Assembly: GCA_951406725.2 (NCBI GenBank)
Contig: OX597831.1
Coordinates: 70,122,001 to 70,186,000 of the forward strand
Length of the DNA: 64,000 nt
Reading direction: 5' to 3'
From: Octopus vulgaris
Taxonomy: Eukaryota
The translations under genes and the position numbers were made by a program. This document shows, one piece after another, positions 42,557 to 54,870 of this stretch (positions are counted from its first letter, which is position 1; every line of letters begins with the position of its first letter). The notes below the pieces were generated by a model, which worked only from the letters and a program-made list of their open reading frames with translations, was not told the DNA's origin and ran no database searches.

Positions 42557-43098
42557 CAGTAGTCTTATTTTTATAACTTGCTTTCACTGCACTACTGAGC
42601 ACAGCTCTGTATGCTTTGGGTATATGCTGTAGTTTGTTATGATGTTTTTATTTTTACTGTATTGAAAGTGTTTTAAGTAGGATGTGCCTAGTATATAGTA
42701 TAATAGCCTAGTAGTGCTATGTTCTCTATGTTATATATACTTGTTAGTCCTGATTTTTTTCTTATGTATTTGTCTGAATATTTTTTATCATACCTAATGT
42801 GCCTACTACAATTGGAATTGTTTCTGTTTTTAGATGCCACATTCGAGATCTTTGTATTTTGAAGGTTTCTCCATTTCATTTAGAGAAATATTGTCATCTG
42901 TTGGTATTGATACATCGATTAGAAAGCACTTTTTTCTTGATGATCTCTGACAACTATATCCAGCCTATGGCCATAATTTCTCTATCTGTGTGTATTGGCA
43001 TATCTTAAAGTATGGCTGCTTTCTTATTTTCTGTGATCTGTTCTGTTGTGTGCCTATACCATCTTTTTTCTGTTGTTATTCCATAGTGTTAGCATAGC

Positions 43099-43100
<2 letters not shown>
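42557..43100 (-). mobile_element. 5'-truncated R4/Dong LINE (endonuclease end plus 3'UTR)
   Basis: Reverse complement of ~58890-59433; bounded by (TAT)n on both sides. Confidence 0.88.
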
Positions 43101-43138
<38 letters not shown>

Positions 43139-43139
<1 letters not shown>

Positions 43140-43690
43140 GAGTGAGAGAGCAGCGCATGTCCTCAAAGTGACACTGGGGTACAAATATACGATGCCCAGT
43201 ATAGTCATCATGACTACCCGTCTGATAAGGGTACACTAGGCACATGCATCACAACTAAATGTGCATGACATGGTGATCTCATATCAAGATAAACAGTACA
43301 TGACCTTGCAGGTGGGGGCCAGTTAGAATTTTCTTCAGGTTGAGTAGCCCATCCCACTCAAAAGGTCTCTGAATAAGGTTTGTTTAAGGATGTTGAACAA
43401 AACATCCTGGTTTCCAGAAATTAAATATTCAAACCCCAAAGAACTCTTTTCAGTACATGGCTATGATGCTCCCCCACTACTTCTGCTCATGATCAGAAAT
43501 GCACGTCATCAGCCACCAAGGGACATGCTCAACTGGTTATGGTCAAACAAGTGACAAGCAAATCTCTAACATTGAGCAGAATATTTGCTGTTACCCATCT
43601 TTTGCACCAGACAAAACATGTACGTGATAACACTTCCAATCAGATAAGAAGCCATGGAATCCTTTGCTTGACATTGCATCAGGTCATTTT
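43139..43690 (-). mobile_element. Family E element
   Basis: Starts after (TAT)n and ends gcatcaggtcattt. Confidence 0.86.
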
Positions 43691-43780
43691 CATTATATGC
43701 AAACCCCAACACTGTCTGTCTTCGTATCATCCCCCTCATTCATTTATTTTTCAAATAAGTGAAATCATTGTTATTATTAC

Positions 43781-43851
<71 letters not shown>

Positions 43852-43852
43852 C

Positions 43853-44880
43853 TATCTCCACCTTAGTGAAGGCGCAGGTATTGTTTTCAGTCGTGTTTGT
43901 TTGTTTGTCTGTGGACAAGATATCTCAGGAACCGATGGATGCATTCAGATGAAACTTTAAGGGATGTTTGGCCTCGTGACTGGCACAAACTGATTAGATT
44001 TTGGATTGATCCAGCACCGGACAAGGATTTTGGATTATTTGTTAGATTTACTTTACTTTACATGAAGTATTACAATCTTATGTTGACTTTCAAGTCGTTC
44101 TGTGATTATCTCCCTTGAAAGCATACTCATGGTTTCCATGTAAGTTATGGTGGCGTGGCTGTTTCCAAAGTTTTATTTGCATTTCTCTATTATTAATTTT
44201 ACTCACGTCTCTTTCTTAGCAGAAACTGATGGATAAAGAAATCAAACAACATAAACAAATGGCAACAAAACCGTTCAGAAATTAAGTAACAGTAACACGT
44301 TCAGTAACAATAATAATTTATCCTCGCCAATTTTCAGTTTTACCTGTTTTGAATATACCACTCCTGTTTAAAACCTCTTATCTACTTGACAGTTGCATTT
44401 CTAGCTCTGACTTGAAGTAAGCTTTACTTCTTGGACTCATGTTTTTATGTGTAACGATGTTGTTAAACCCCTATTAACAGCACAATATGCAGGTCCTTTC
44501 CATTTTCTTTCGCACATGGAAAAATTTTTCACTATAGACCTTAATGGCCATAAAGATGCTCTATCGGTGGATAGACTAAAAAAAGGCTTTCATAGAGAAA
44601 ACTGTCCCTGTTCCTACTGCAGACGACACACACACAGCATTACAAACACAGCCCACACACTCACCTTCTCATTCCATGACTACCATTGGGATCGATCAGG
44701 TACTGGACAAGAATTCTGGATTATTTTTCCAGTTTCTTTTACTTAATTTCTGAGAGTGATTGGATTCATTTTTAGTATTCTTGTTTGTGAGAGCAGTAGA
44801 GTTTATTTCAGATATTCTCATTTTAAAAGTCATCTCTGATTAATTGTTCAGAGGATGTTGTTGTCTCTAAGTACTTTTGT
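43853..44880 (+). mobile_element. Helentron/DINE-1-like non-autonomous element with internal insert
   Basis: 5' tatctccaccttagtgaaggcgcagg stem-loop followed by (GTTT)n/GTCT, as in DINE-1/HINE elements. A ~38-bp motif is duplicated at 44003 and 44689. Confidence 0.55.
44447..44590 (+). pseudogene. Ty3/gypsy integrase C-terminal (GPY/F) fragment
   Basis: VVKPLLTAQYAGPFHFLSHMEKFFTIDLNGHKDALSVDRLK matches the PPL...Y.GPF.V...K.FTI..NG....VS.DRLK module. Confidence 0.75.
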
Positions 44881-44955
44881 TATTCTCTTCTTCTTCTTCT
44901 TCTTCTTCTTCTTATTATTATTATTATTATTATTATCATTATTATTATTATTATT

Positions 44956-45318
44956 CCATTGAGGTTGACTCTTTGCCTTTCATCCTTTTATGGTCAATAA
45001 AATAGTACCAGTCAAGCACCAGGGTCAGTGTAATTGACTTACTCACTCGCACATAATTCCTGACTTTGTACCAAAATTGGAAACTTTTATTATAATAATA
45101 ATAATAATTATTATTATTATTATGGTGGTGAGCTGGGAGAATTGTTAGCATGCCAGGTAAAATGCTTAGCAATATTTTGGTCGTTTTCACATTCTGAGTT
45201 CAAATTCTGCTGTTGTCAACGTCGCCATTCATCCTTTGGGTCGATAAAATAAGTACCAGTTGAATACTGGGGTTGATGTGAAAATTTCAGGCCTTGTGCC
45301 TTTAGTAGAAAAGATAAC
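44956..45318 (+). mobile_element. Two tandem SINE family B copies (one partial)
   Basis: Core gttgact.ttgcctttcatcc...aagtaccagt at ~44963 and ~45213; head at 45125. Confidence 0.72.
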
Positions 45319-46676
45319 TATTGCTACTACTATACAATGAACCAGTGATTAGCCTAAAGGTAACTTGTAACCAATAATTCTATTGTTTACTAAATGTGAA
45401 ATAAAATACTTAAAATAATACTAAATCTACTATGCTTTTCTAAACATACTGGGTTTCCTTAGCTCTCTCAAGGGCAGCCTATATAAAAAGGAACCTCTAC
45501 TGAGCAGCTTCATTAGTAAGAAATAGTGACCGTATCTCTTTGAAATTACACACTACCACCTTAATAAAGGAAGGATACATTGAATAATATAGTTTTGTGT
45601 GTGTGTGCATGTGTGTGCATGTAAAAAAGATTGAGACACCTATGATTACAGATCATTCAGCCAACATTTACTGGGTCTAAGCAACAGAAATAACGACAAA
45701 AAATCCCACTTATTTGTCATATAGTCAAAGTTATATCAGGAAGATTCAGTTTCCTTTCAAGGACTAGAAATTATCTCCACTTTATAAGATGCTAGCCAAA
45801 TTCCTAATTTCTGACTCCAAATAAAAACTGGCTGATTAGAAAAATCTTCACTCACCAACTACAATCTCTTGCACACAAACAGTATCTTCTCTTCTCTTTT
45901 TCAGCTATAATGGCAACAGGTGTCACTCCTCTAAGTTTGTTCACTGTGTAACACTCCTACTCATCTCTTCCCTTTTATGCTCACTGGTTTCATACTCCTT
46001 AGATCTTGCAGTTAACCCAAAGATTTTCCTTTCCAACATTGTATCTACTGGCAATAAAAGCCTTGAGTATATTTTCTCTTAGCTGCTGACTATAAAATGT
46101 TGAAAATTAGAATTAGTTATAACTTTAAACAAATAACAATATTTTAATAAATATATTTACCCATACTTAACTATAGTTTTTTATGTGAATGACATTGTTG
46201 AGAAATTAAACTCAGTGTTAGTTATTTCTAAAAATATAACTTTCAACACCTTTTTTCCGCATCAAGTCCGACTTAGTGATTGTCTTCCGGTATGTTTGTT
46301 GAAATGGTTAGCACAACTATAGTCATTAAGCTAATATTTCTCCTCTCTTCATCACATTAATATTTATCATTAGATATCTCATTACATTTTTCCTGTAGGC
46401 TGATCACTGCTTCTTAGTGCATTAACTACAATCAGCTTTATTCAACAGTTACAGCTTACCCAACTTCTTTTCATCACCAGTCTAGGAGGCAAGGAAAACT
46501 TCCTATCACTCCACAAGTAAGCAAAAACGTTTGTTAATTTAATGTGTTATCACAGCTAGCAGTGGTCAATCATTCAACACTCAGGTATCTGTTTACAATT
46601 GGCTGAGCTGTATGATACAGATGTCAGCAACAAGAAATGGCAAACTTCCACACGTCTAAGAAAGGTGAAATAAGAT

Positions 46677-47072
46677 TTACTCTTTTATTTGTTTCAGTCA
46701 TTAACTGCGGCCATGCTGGAGCACCACCTTTAGTTGAGCAAATCAACCCTGGGACTTATTCTTTGTAAGCCCAGTACTTATTCTATCGGTCTCTTTTGCC
46801 GAGCCGCTAAGTGACGGGGACATAAACACACCAGCATCGGTTGTCAAGCAATGCTAGGGGAACAAACACAGACACACAAACATATACACACACATACATA
46901 TATATATATACATATATACGACAGGCTTCTTTCAGTTTCCGTCTACCAAATCCACTTACAAGGCATTGGTCGGCCCGGGGCTATAGCAGAAGACACTTGC
47001 CCAAGATGCCACAGAGTGGGACTGAACCTGGGACCATGTGGTTGGTAAGCAAGCTACTTACCACACAGCCAC
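46677..47072 (-). mobile_element. SINE family A
   Basis: Reverse complement of 31158-31576. Confidence 0.9.
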
Positions 47073-48448
47073 ACCTTGTATTTTTCTTTTTCTTTGTTAA
47101 TGGCATTGATAATAGAAATGAAGAGAAAGAGTTAATACGTTCAGGATTTGAAAGTTGGTCACAAACAGATCAGCTGTATTACACTTGTATGTATAATACA
47201 TCAAACTATTTGCCTCAAAGCACCTATCAAGCACAAAACAAAATTTTAATGAAACAGTATAACTGATCAAATGAATTTCAGAATATTACTGGTATTTTTT
47301 TTATTGACTCTTAATATCAAAGATAGGTCAACTCTTCAAATTTTAGTTAAGAGTTTAGCATATCTTCTCAGAACATCCAAAGATCAGACCAAATACTTGA
47401 GGTGTGTCATATCTCTCAGTACACTTCCCCAAGCTTATTAAATATATTGGTTTCTTACACTGAGACAAAGTCCCAAATTTATAGGGAAAGGTAAATTCGA
47501 TGATATAGAGCACAGCATATAAATGGTATTTATTTCATTGATCTCAGTGGGATGAAACTTAATAATTACCAAAAGCATTTCTAAATTCTTGTGCATATTA
47601 CTTTAATGGTATTCAATACTAACTTCTTTGATTTTTAAATTAATGGTTTTTACAGTTTCCTTGGCATCTATTTCTGAATTAAGCCTTTTTATGCTTCAAG
47701 ATGGTGTATTTCAATGTGTGTAGTTTACATTTCCATGATGTCATTAGTTCTGTATGCATAATAAATTGATTAAGAAGTCAATCTTATTAGCAAAGCACTC
47801 TCACCATCTAAAAATACATAGACATCTTACTTATTTTCAAAGCCATTGACTATCATTACAAGATACATGAGAGAAAGTATTAATTCTAGTTTTAAATTGA
47901 GTTTCACATAGATTGTCTTCAATTACTGCCATATTTCCCTATCTTTTCCAATGAAAATATTAATCTTACTTGAAGATAAGTATAGTGGAAGGAACATGAT
48001 GATTTTAACTTTGAAGTAGTCGTATTGCTATAAATTTCATCTTATCTGTCTCACAAGCCTACTTGATGATAATACGAAGAAGTAAGTCGTGTTTGTAAAT
48101 TCAATTTTTAACCTGATACATTACCATTGTCACTATCAGCTCTATTACTGCTCTTATCATCTACAGCACCAACAGACCATTGTTGCTGGCATCGTTATCA
48201 TCATCATCATCATCATCATCATTGAAATGAAGACAAAAATCTTGGTGGACATGTTCAATGCTTTGTTGAACAAAATTGTATGGTTTCAGTTTGGTTTTAT
48301 ATAGTGTAGTTTGACAATTTTCCTGTGCAACATGACAATAGATAAGTTATTTGGTCAACAAAATAGAATGAATGAGTATTACTTGATACTACTGTTTCCA
48401 CTTCTAAATTGGGAAACCCTATGCAAACATACAAATTAACATTAATAC

Positions 48449-48660
48449 TGGTTTCAAATTTTGGCACAAGACCAGCAATTACAGGGGATGGGGTAACTTG
48501 ATTACATTGACCCTAGTGCTCAACTGGTGCTTATTTTATCAACTCTGAAAGAATGAAAGGCAAAGCTGACACCAGCAGCGTTTGAACTCAGAATTTAAAG
48601 TTGCAAGAAATGCCAGAAAGCGTTTTGTCTGGTGTGCTAACGATTCTACCAGATCCAGAG
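48449..48660 (-). mobile_element. SINE family B
   Basis: Reverse-strand core gaatgaaaggcaaag...tttgaactcagaa...gctaacgattct. Confidence 0.7.
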
Positions 48661-48711
48661 CCTTCAAATTAACAATTATAATACAGTCATTATCATATTA
48701 CCATCGTTGTT

Positions 48712-49115
48712 AACCACCTCCTCCTCCTCGTCACCACCACCACCACCACCACCACCACCACCAATACCACCACCACCACCAATACCACCACCACCACCAC
48801 CAATACCACCACCACCACCACCACCAATACCACCACCAATACCATCACCACCAACACCACCAACACCAACACCACCACCACCACCACCACCAACAACAAC
48901 AACACCACCACTACCACCACCACCACCAACAACAACACCACTACCACCACCAACAACAACAACAACAACAACAACAACACCACTACCACCACCACCACCA
49001 CCACCACCACCACCACCACCACCACCACCACCAATACCACCACCACCACCACCACCAATACCACCACCACCATCATCATCTGAATCATCATCAGAATCAG
49101 AACCATCATCACCAT
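48712..49115. repeat. (CCA)n/(ACA)n compound trinucleotide repeat
   Basis: Directly visible; recurrent ccaata interruptions. Confidence 0.95.
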
Positions 49116-49619
49116 CTTTTCTATGGTTTGAAATTTTGTCATGGCTCTTGTTATTTTTTTTTTTTTCTAGCATGTCTAAGTTGATTTGATACTAATGTCT
49201 CTACACGACTTCTATTCATTACATTTCCCAAACTCTTGGTACATGAAACAAAACAAAACTTTATAAAATATTTTATTCAAGAATGTACTCTTACTGTCTT
49301 TTAAACTGAATTTTTATTTTAATGGAAAATTCATTCACAGACTGCATCGAAACTTATATTGTAGTTTTGGAGTTACTGTGATGTTATGGACTTCAAAAAT
49401 TCTTTATTTTTTAAATGTATGTATTGGCACTGTGCTTGCAATTAATTTCTCATTATTTCAAATTTATTATTTTGGTACTCTGCAAAATATGTTCTGTTGT
49501 ATTTCAAAAAGATTCTCACAGTGATATGCTTTGATTAGTTTATTATCTGGCTTGTAGTTAAATTTTGAATCACTAATTTTGTTCTAATTTTTGGAATATT
49601 AGGAAAATTATGTTACACC

Positions 49620-49923
49620 GGAAGCGCATTGGCCCAGTGGTTAGGGCAGGGGACTCGCGGTCGTAGGATCGCGGTTTCGATTCCCAGACCAGGCGTTGTG
49701 TGTGTTTATTGAGCGAAAACACCTAAAAAGCTCCATGACACTCCGGCAGGGGGTGGTGATCCCTGCTTTACTCTTTCATCACTTCTTCTCTCACTCTTTC
49801 GTCTGTTGGCCTGCTCGCTTAGCCAGCGGGGTGGCATCATTGAAGGCTAAAACAATGCGAAGGGCATTGTGACCAGCGATGTGTAGCAACATCTGATGGT
49901 CTGGTCGGTCACGTGATCACGTG
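49620..49923 (+). mobile_element. SINE with family C head and a different tail, 10-bp TSD
   Basis: TSD atgttacacc at 49610-49619 and 49924-49933; tail ends ggtcggtcacgtgatcacgtg. Confidence 0.88.
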
Positions 49924-51084
49924 ATGTTACACCATGTCAGTCATGACAATGAATTCATTCTTTATAAGAATTTATTTCTATTTTCACTCGAAGACAATTT
50001 GTGAGTTATAAGCCTTTGAAACAAGTGTAGATTTGTGATCAGTGTTAAAATCTTAATCAGATCTACGAAAGTTGGGACTCATAAAAGAAAGTATACACAA
50101 TAAAGTTGCAAAGGAGAAGGGGAAACTTGCGCTGACATGATAAATTTAGATGTTAAAGCAATCGAGAAGATAGTGGTGCAGTCATCAAAGCTCATTTAAA
50201 AAGTTTTAAACATCATATGTTTAGTATAACTTCCTTTTCAATTGATAATAGAAGGAAATATTTATCAGAGATAGGTTAGAAAAAACAATTTCTTTTTAAT
50301 GTTTGGTACCAATGTATAGCCAATATTTTATATTAGCAGTTTTATTGAATATTTAATGCAAAAGTTTATATCACCTGTTCCATTGTATATTTGGTGTAAG
50401 AAGTTTATATCACTTATTCTGTTTGATATTTGCTGCAATGAATTGTATTGACTGTGCTATTGGTTATCTGCTTAACACTAAAAGGCAGAGACAGAAAATG
50501 AGATAATAATGAGTCTGCGATTAACAGAGACATCTTTCCTGAATCCATTTTTTCTGTAATTGATTGAAACTTTCAAATTCTGTGGAATTTAATGGTAGCT
50601 GTATTAATGATCATACTTCAATCGCAGATGTAATTTGTGTGCTATTGAAATCAGATAATCTCCATTTTAAGGTTTCTTGAGTTATTAAATAACTCCTTTT
50701 TGCACTGGACCTATGCCAAACTATAATTGGAAAAACTAAAATGATCCAGCTGTTAGTAGTACATCTAAAGAGACTAAATCAATGAATAATTCCATGCCCC
50801 CATAACCCTTTTGAACTGCTGAACTTTATGACACACATATTGATATTTTGGATATAGAATGCATTTTGTATTCTATGTTTATAATTCTTTTATATGACAG
50901 GATTAAGAATTATCAGTTTAAAGGATTTCCCTCAATATGTATGTAAAGAATTCACAACTTCCAGCTGTTTCTGGTTGAATTGTTGTTTTTCATTTCTTAA
51001 AATTTTTAAATATTGTATTAAGGACAATTGTCTTTCTGTACATACAGTCAAGATTTCAGCAACACCATTCAGTACAGCTAAAAT

Positions 51085-51215
51085 TGTTGTTGCTTTGCCT
51101 TTTCATCCTTTCGGAGTTGATAAAATAAAGTAAAAGTCACGTAGTGGAGGTAATGTAATGGGCTTAAACTCTCTCCCTAAATCTGATGGCCTTGTGCAAA
51201 AATTAAAAAGAACTA

Positions 51216-51250
<35 letters not shown>

Positions 51251-51288
51251 TTCTGCTGCCGTTTCTACTACTACTTCTACTACTATAC

Positions 51289-51337
<49 letters not shown>

Positions 51338-51748
51338 CATAAAAGGCAGCAATTAGGCTGGAGTATTTGAATGTCAAATAGAAGAATGCTTTGCAGTATT
51401 TGTATTGAATCTCTCAGCCCTTCATCAGGTTCAAACCCTGCTGAGGTTGACTTTTCCTTTCATCCTTTTGGCTTAAGTTAAATAAAAGAAAAAAAAACAA
51501 TCAAGAACTGGGGTTGATAAAATCAAGTAAACCTTCCCTCACTCCTAAAATTTGCTTGCTGAAATTAGAAACAATTATTAGAGTGATAGATCTTCCGCTC
51601 TTTATGTTGTTCTGTATTCAGATGCTGCCAAGGTTGACTTAGCCTTCCATTCTTTCAGGTTTGATAAAATAAGTACCAGTTGTGCAGTGGGGTTGATGTA
51701 ATCAACTATCACCACAAAAAGTCACTGGACAAAATTAGAAAGAATTAT
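51085..51748 (+). mobile_element. Cluster of three decayed SINE family B copies
   Basis: Core ccttt/ccatcc/tt...gataaaataagta at ~51095, ~51450 and ~51635. Confidence 0.65.
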
Positions 51749-52207
51749 TATTATTGTCGTTGTTGTTCTTGCTGCTGTTTTTGACACACTCAGCTTGCTA
51801 AAAGTGTCATTAATCTACCAGCTATTCATTTCTCATGAATCAAGGTGGTATATTCTTTACAAGCCTCAAGGGCCTTGTGGAAACTCCTTACACTAATAAG
51901 CAATGCTGTTTTCTGGATGTGCTCTATTTTCATTTTTATACCTATTTTCCCTTACTATACCTATGGCATCTTCAATTATTAACATAATAAACACTTTTTC
52001 ATGGACCATCACATTTTGATTTCTACCTTCAGAGTTCCAGATCTTGCCAGTTTTTCTCTTTCTTTTTTTATGATTCTGTCATTGGCCTGAGAACGAAATT
52101 TGCTAAATGGGTACAAACCCAGGTCCCAAACTTTTAACAGAAAATGTGAATTTTTTTCAATATTAATATTAAAACAAATGCAGGTATAACGATAAATTTT
52201 ATTGTTA

Positions 52208-52680
52208 TGGGGGTTGGCTGAAATATTCATAGACGGAGCAAGACACTCTCATGGAATGTGACCAAATGAAGTTCATTTTTTAATATAGTTGCCCTTACTG
52301 TCCACACATTTCCATTAGTGTTGCAATGCTTGGCGAGCATTGATGAAGAAGCTATCCTGTTGGCCAAAAAAGTCATCAACAGCAGATAAGATGTCATTAC
52401 CACAGCAATACTGGCACCCAGCCAGGTGTTTTTTCATTTTGGGAAATAGACGATAGTCAGAGGGAACCAAATCCCTAAAACAGGGAGGGTGATTAACCAG
52501 TTCAAAGCCAGTCAAAGACAGCAGCCAGTGAAACCAAGGACTTGTTTTGCTGAAGCATTTGTCCTAATGAAACAAAACCTCCTTCATCAGTTTTTCTAGG
52601 CATTTGGTCTTAATAGTCTTTTGTAACTGCCCCAGCAAGTTGGCATAGAACTCCCATTGATGGTGTGATCATTTTCAAGT
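52208..52680 (-). mobile_element. mariner 3' fragment, same family as 3105-4368
   Basis: TIR-like tgggggttggctgaaatattcatag after TA; GFELVNHPPCFRDLVPSDYRLFPKMKKHL (YSPDLAPSDY.LF motif). Confidence 0.82.
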
Positions 52681-52861
52681 GGTTATGGTAGTAGCATGGT
52701 AATGATGATGATGATGATGATGATAATGGGTCAGTTGTGGTATTCAGAGAAAATCAAGAGAGTATATATCTCCACAGTGAATGGCTTTTCATTGTGGACT
52801 TAAATAGGTCATCAGTTGGGCTAATTCTAAGGAGTGGCCATGTTGTTGTTGTTGTTGCTAC

Positions 52862-53197
52862 TCCTGACCGGCTCCTGTGCTGGTGGCATGTACAAAGCAC
52901 CATCCAAACAAAGCCAGCGCCAGTGTCCTCTGACTGGCTCTCATGCTGGTGGCACATGAAAAGCACTATTTGAACGTGGCCAGTGCCAGGCCCACCTGAC
53001 TGGTTCCTGTGCTGGTGGCATGTAAAAAGCACCCACTACACTCTTGGAGTGGTTAGTGTTAGGAAGGGCATCAAACTATAGAAACATCACCAGATCAAAC
53101 TGGAGCCTGATGCAGCCACTGGTTTTCCAGACCTCAGTCAAACCGTCAAACCCATGCCAGCATGGAAGACGGACGTTAAATGGTGATGATGATGATG
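52862..53197 (+). mobile_element. SINE-like family D with three internal tandem units
   Basis: Repeats of gctggtggca(c/t)(g/a)t...aagcac at ~52878, ~52945 and ~53010; (GAT)n tail. Confidence 0.78.
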
Positions 53198-53360
53198 GTA
53201 TATATATATGTATATATATATATATAAGAGATAATGGTGTCATTGAGACTGAAAGGTGTGAGGTAATGCCGAATAAGTGCTATAGACAAACCATAGTTAA
53301 GTTCCAGATTTGGTAATATTGCAAATAAGGTGTTCAACATTGGTTCTATGTCAGTGTGTG

Positions 53361-53631
53361 TATATATGAATTTTTTGTGTAATGAGATAAAAAAACCAAG
53401 GCTGTATAGATATTAGAGCATTTATAGATAGAAGGTCTTACAGCTGTTTCTAAAATATTAATTAATAATAATATCCCCCTATGACTTAACATTTCCTCTC
53501 ACACCATCTCTGATAAGGAGATATTATCAATTAATATTCTAGAAACAGCTGTAAGACCTTCTATCTATAAATGCTCTAATATCTATACAGCCTTGGTTTT
53601 TTTATCTCATTACACAAAAAATTCATATATA
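53361..53631. repeat. Long inverted repeat (~105-bp arms), Penelope-like inverted terminal repeat containing a hammerhead motif
   Basis: 53361-~53468 is the near-perfect reverse complement of ~53523-53631. The right arm has tct-CTGATAA-...-GAAA-cagctg-TA-aga. Confidence 0.85.
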
Positions 53632-54027
53632 TATATACTTTTAATTTTGATGTTGATGATGCATTAGATGAGTGGTATATCTTTCTAGAAAATTCCCTTC
53701 GGATTTTATAACCAGTTTCATCAGTAAACGTTTTGGACTTTTTAATATTTATTTCTGTCCTTTGCTCTTGAGAAGACACCTAACTTCAAGTAACTTTCTC
53801 GAGATCAATTTTTAGACACTATTTTCTAAACTTGGCAAAGTATGTTGGGGGTGAAAATTTGGAGTTTGCACCCACAAAAACTTTACTGGGTGCAACTGTA
53901 CCACCTGCACTCCATGTTCCCAGGCCCTTGGATCCTGTTGTTCCTTTGGCACATGTTGTTTATGATAAGGGATTACTTTTCTCCCTTGTCTACCAGAACA
54001 TTATTAGGTTTCCAATGTTTTGATTCT

Positions 54028-54439
54028 ATACTCTTTACTCTTTTACTTGTTTCAGTCATTTGACTGTGACCATGCTGGAGCACTGCCTTTAGTCGAGCAA
54101 ATCGACCTCGGGACTTATTCTTTGTAAGCCCAGTACTTATTCTATCGGTCTCTTTTGCCGAACCGCTAAGTGGCGGGGACGTAAACACACCAGCATTGGT
54201 TGTCAAGCAATGCTAGGGGGACAAACACAGGCACACAAACATATACACACACACTTATATATATATACATATATACGACAGGCTTCTTTCAGTTTCCATC
54301 TACCAAATACACTCACAAGCATTGGTCAGCCCGGGACTATAGCAGAAGACACTTGCCCAAGATGCCACGCAGTGGGACTGAACCCGGAACCATGTGGCTG
54401 GTTAGCAAGCTACTTACCACACAGCCACTCCTGCACCTA
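54028..54439 (-). mobile_element. SINE family A
   Basis: Full copy, reverse orientation. Confidence 0.9.
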
Positions 54440-54469
54440 TCATCACACTAGATTATAAAATATCAAAAT

Positions 54470-54870
54470 ATTTTTGCTGTGTCATTTTCTGCTAAACCCT
54501 TGCACTCATGTTCCTACCCCTTTCTTGCATAAACTTGTTACATAGTTCCCAGCAAATAAGTCTGACATTGTCATGCCTTCTCTTGTATTCTCCCTGGGCC
54601 ACCTTGCTGCATTTACTTAGAATATGTCACACTTTCTCTCCAGTTTCACAACTCATTCTGTATTTGTGAGATTCTGAGGAGTGGTCAATGATTCTGTGCT
54701 TGATGTAGTTTGTTCTCAACACTGGTTCTTGTGCTGTGAATATCAAGGCCTCTGCTTGAGGTTTCAGGTCATTTTTTTGTAATCAAATCTGAATCTGTAT
54801 CCCTGAGTATCTCTCTCAAGAACTGGCCATGCATCTCCTTATCTTTCCATTTGTTTTCTCTCTTACTTTC
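54470..54870 (-). mobile_element. R4/Dong-like LINE fragment (CCHC region), distinct subfamily
   Basis: Minus strand KWKDKEMHGQFLR...LKPQAEALIFTAQE.VLRTNYIK...HILSKCSKVAQGEYKRRHDNV. Confidence 0.8.

Noticed and set aside
46841-47266. Recurring peptide RQASFSFRLPNPLTR.WSARGYSRRHLPK suggesting a gene family
   Set aside because: Antisense translation of SINE family A; the frame is not conserved between copies.
48676-49189. Long poly-Pro, poly-Gly and poly-Val ORFs (formin- or extensin-like)
   Set aside because: Translations of a (CCA)n microsatellite that is open in several frames on both strands, with no flanking domain or splice support.
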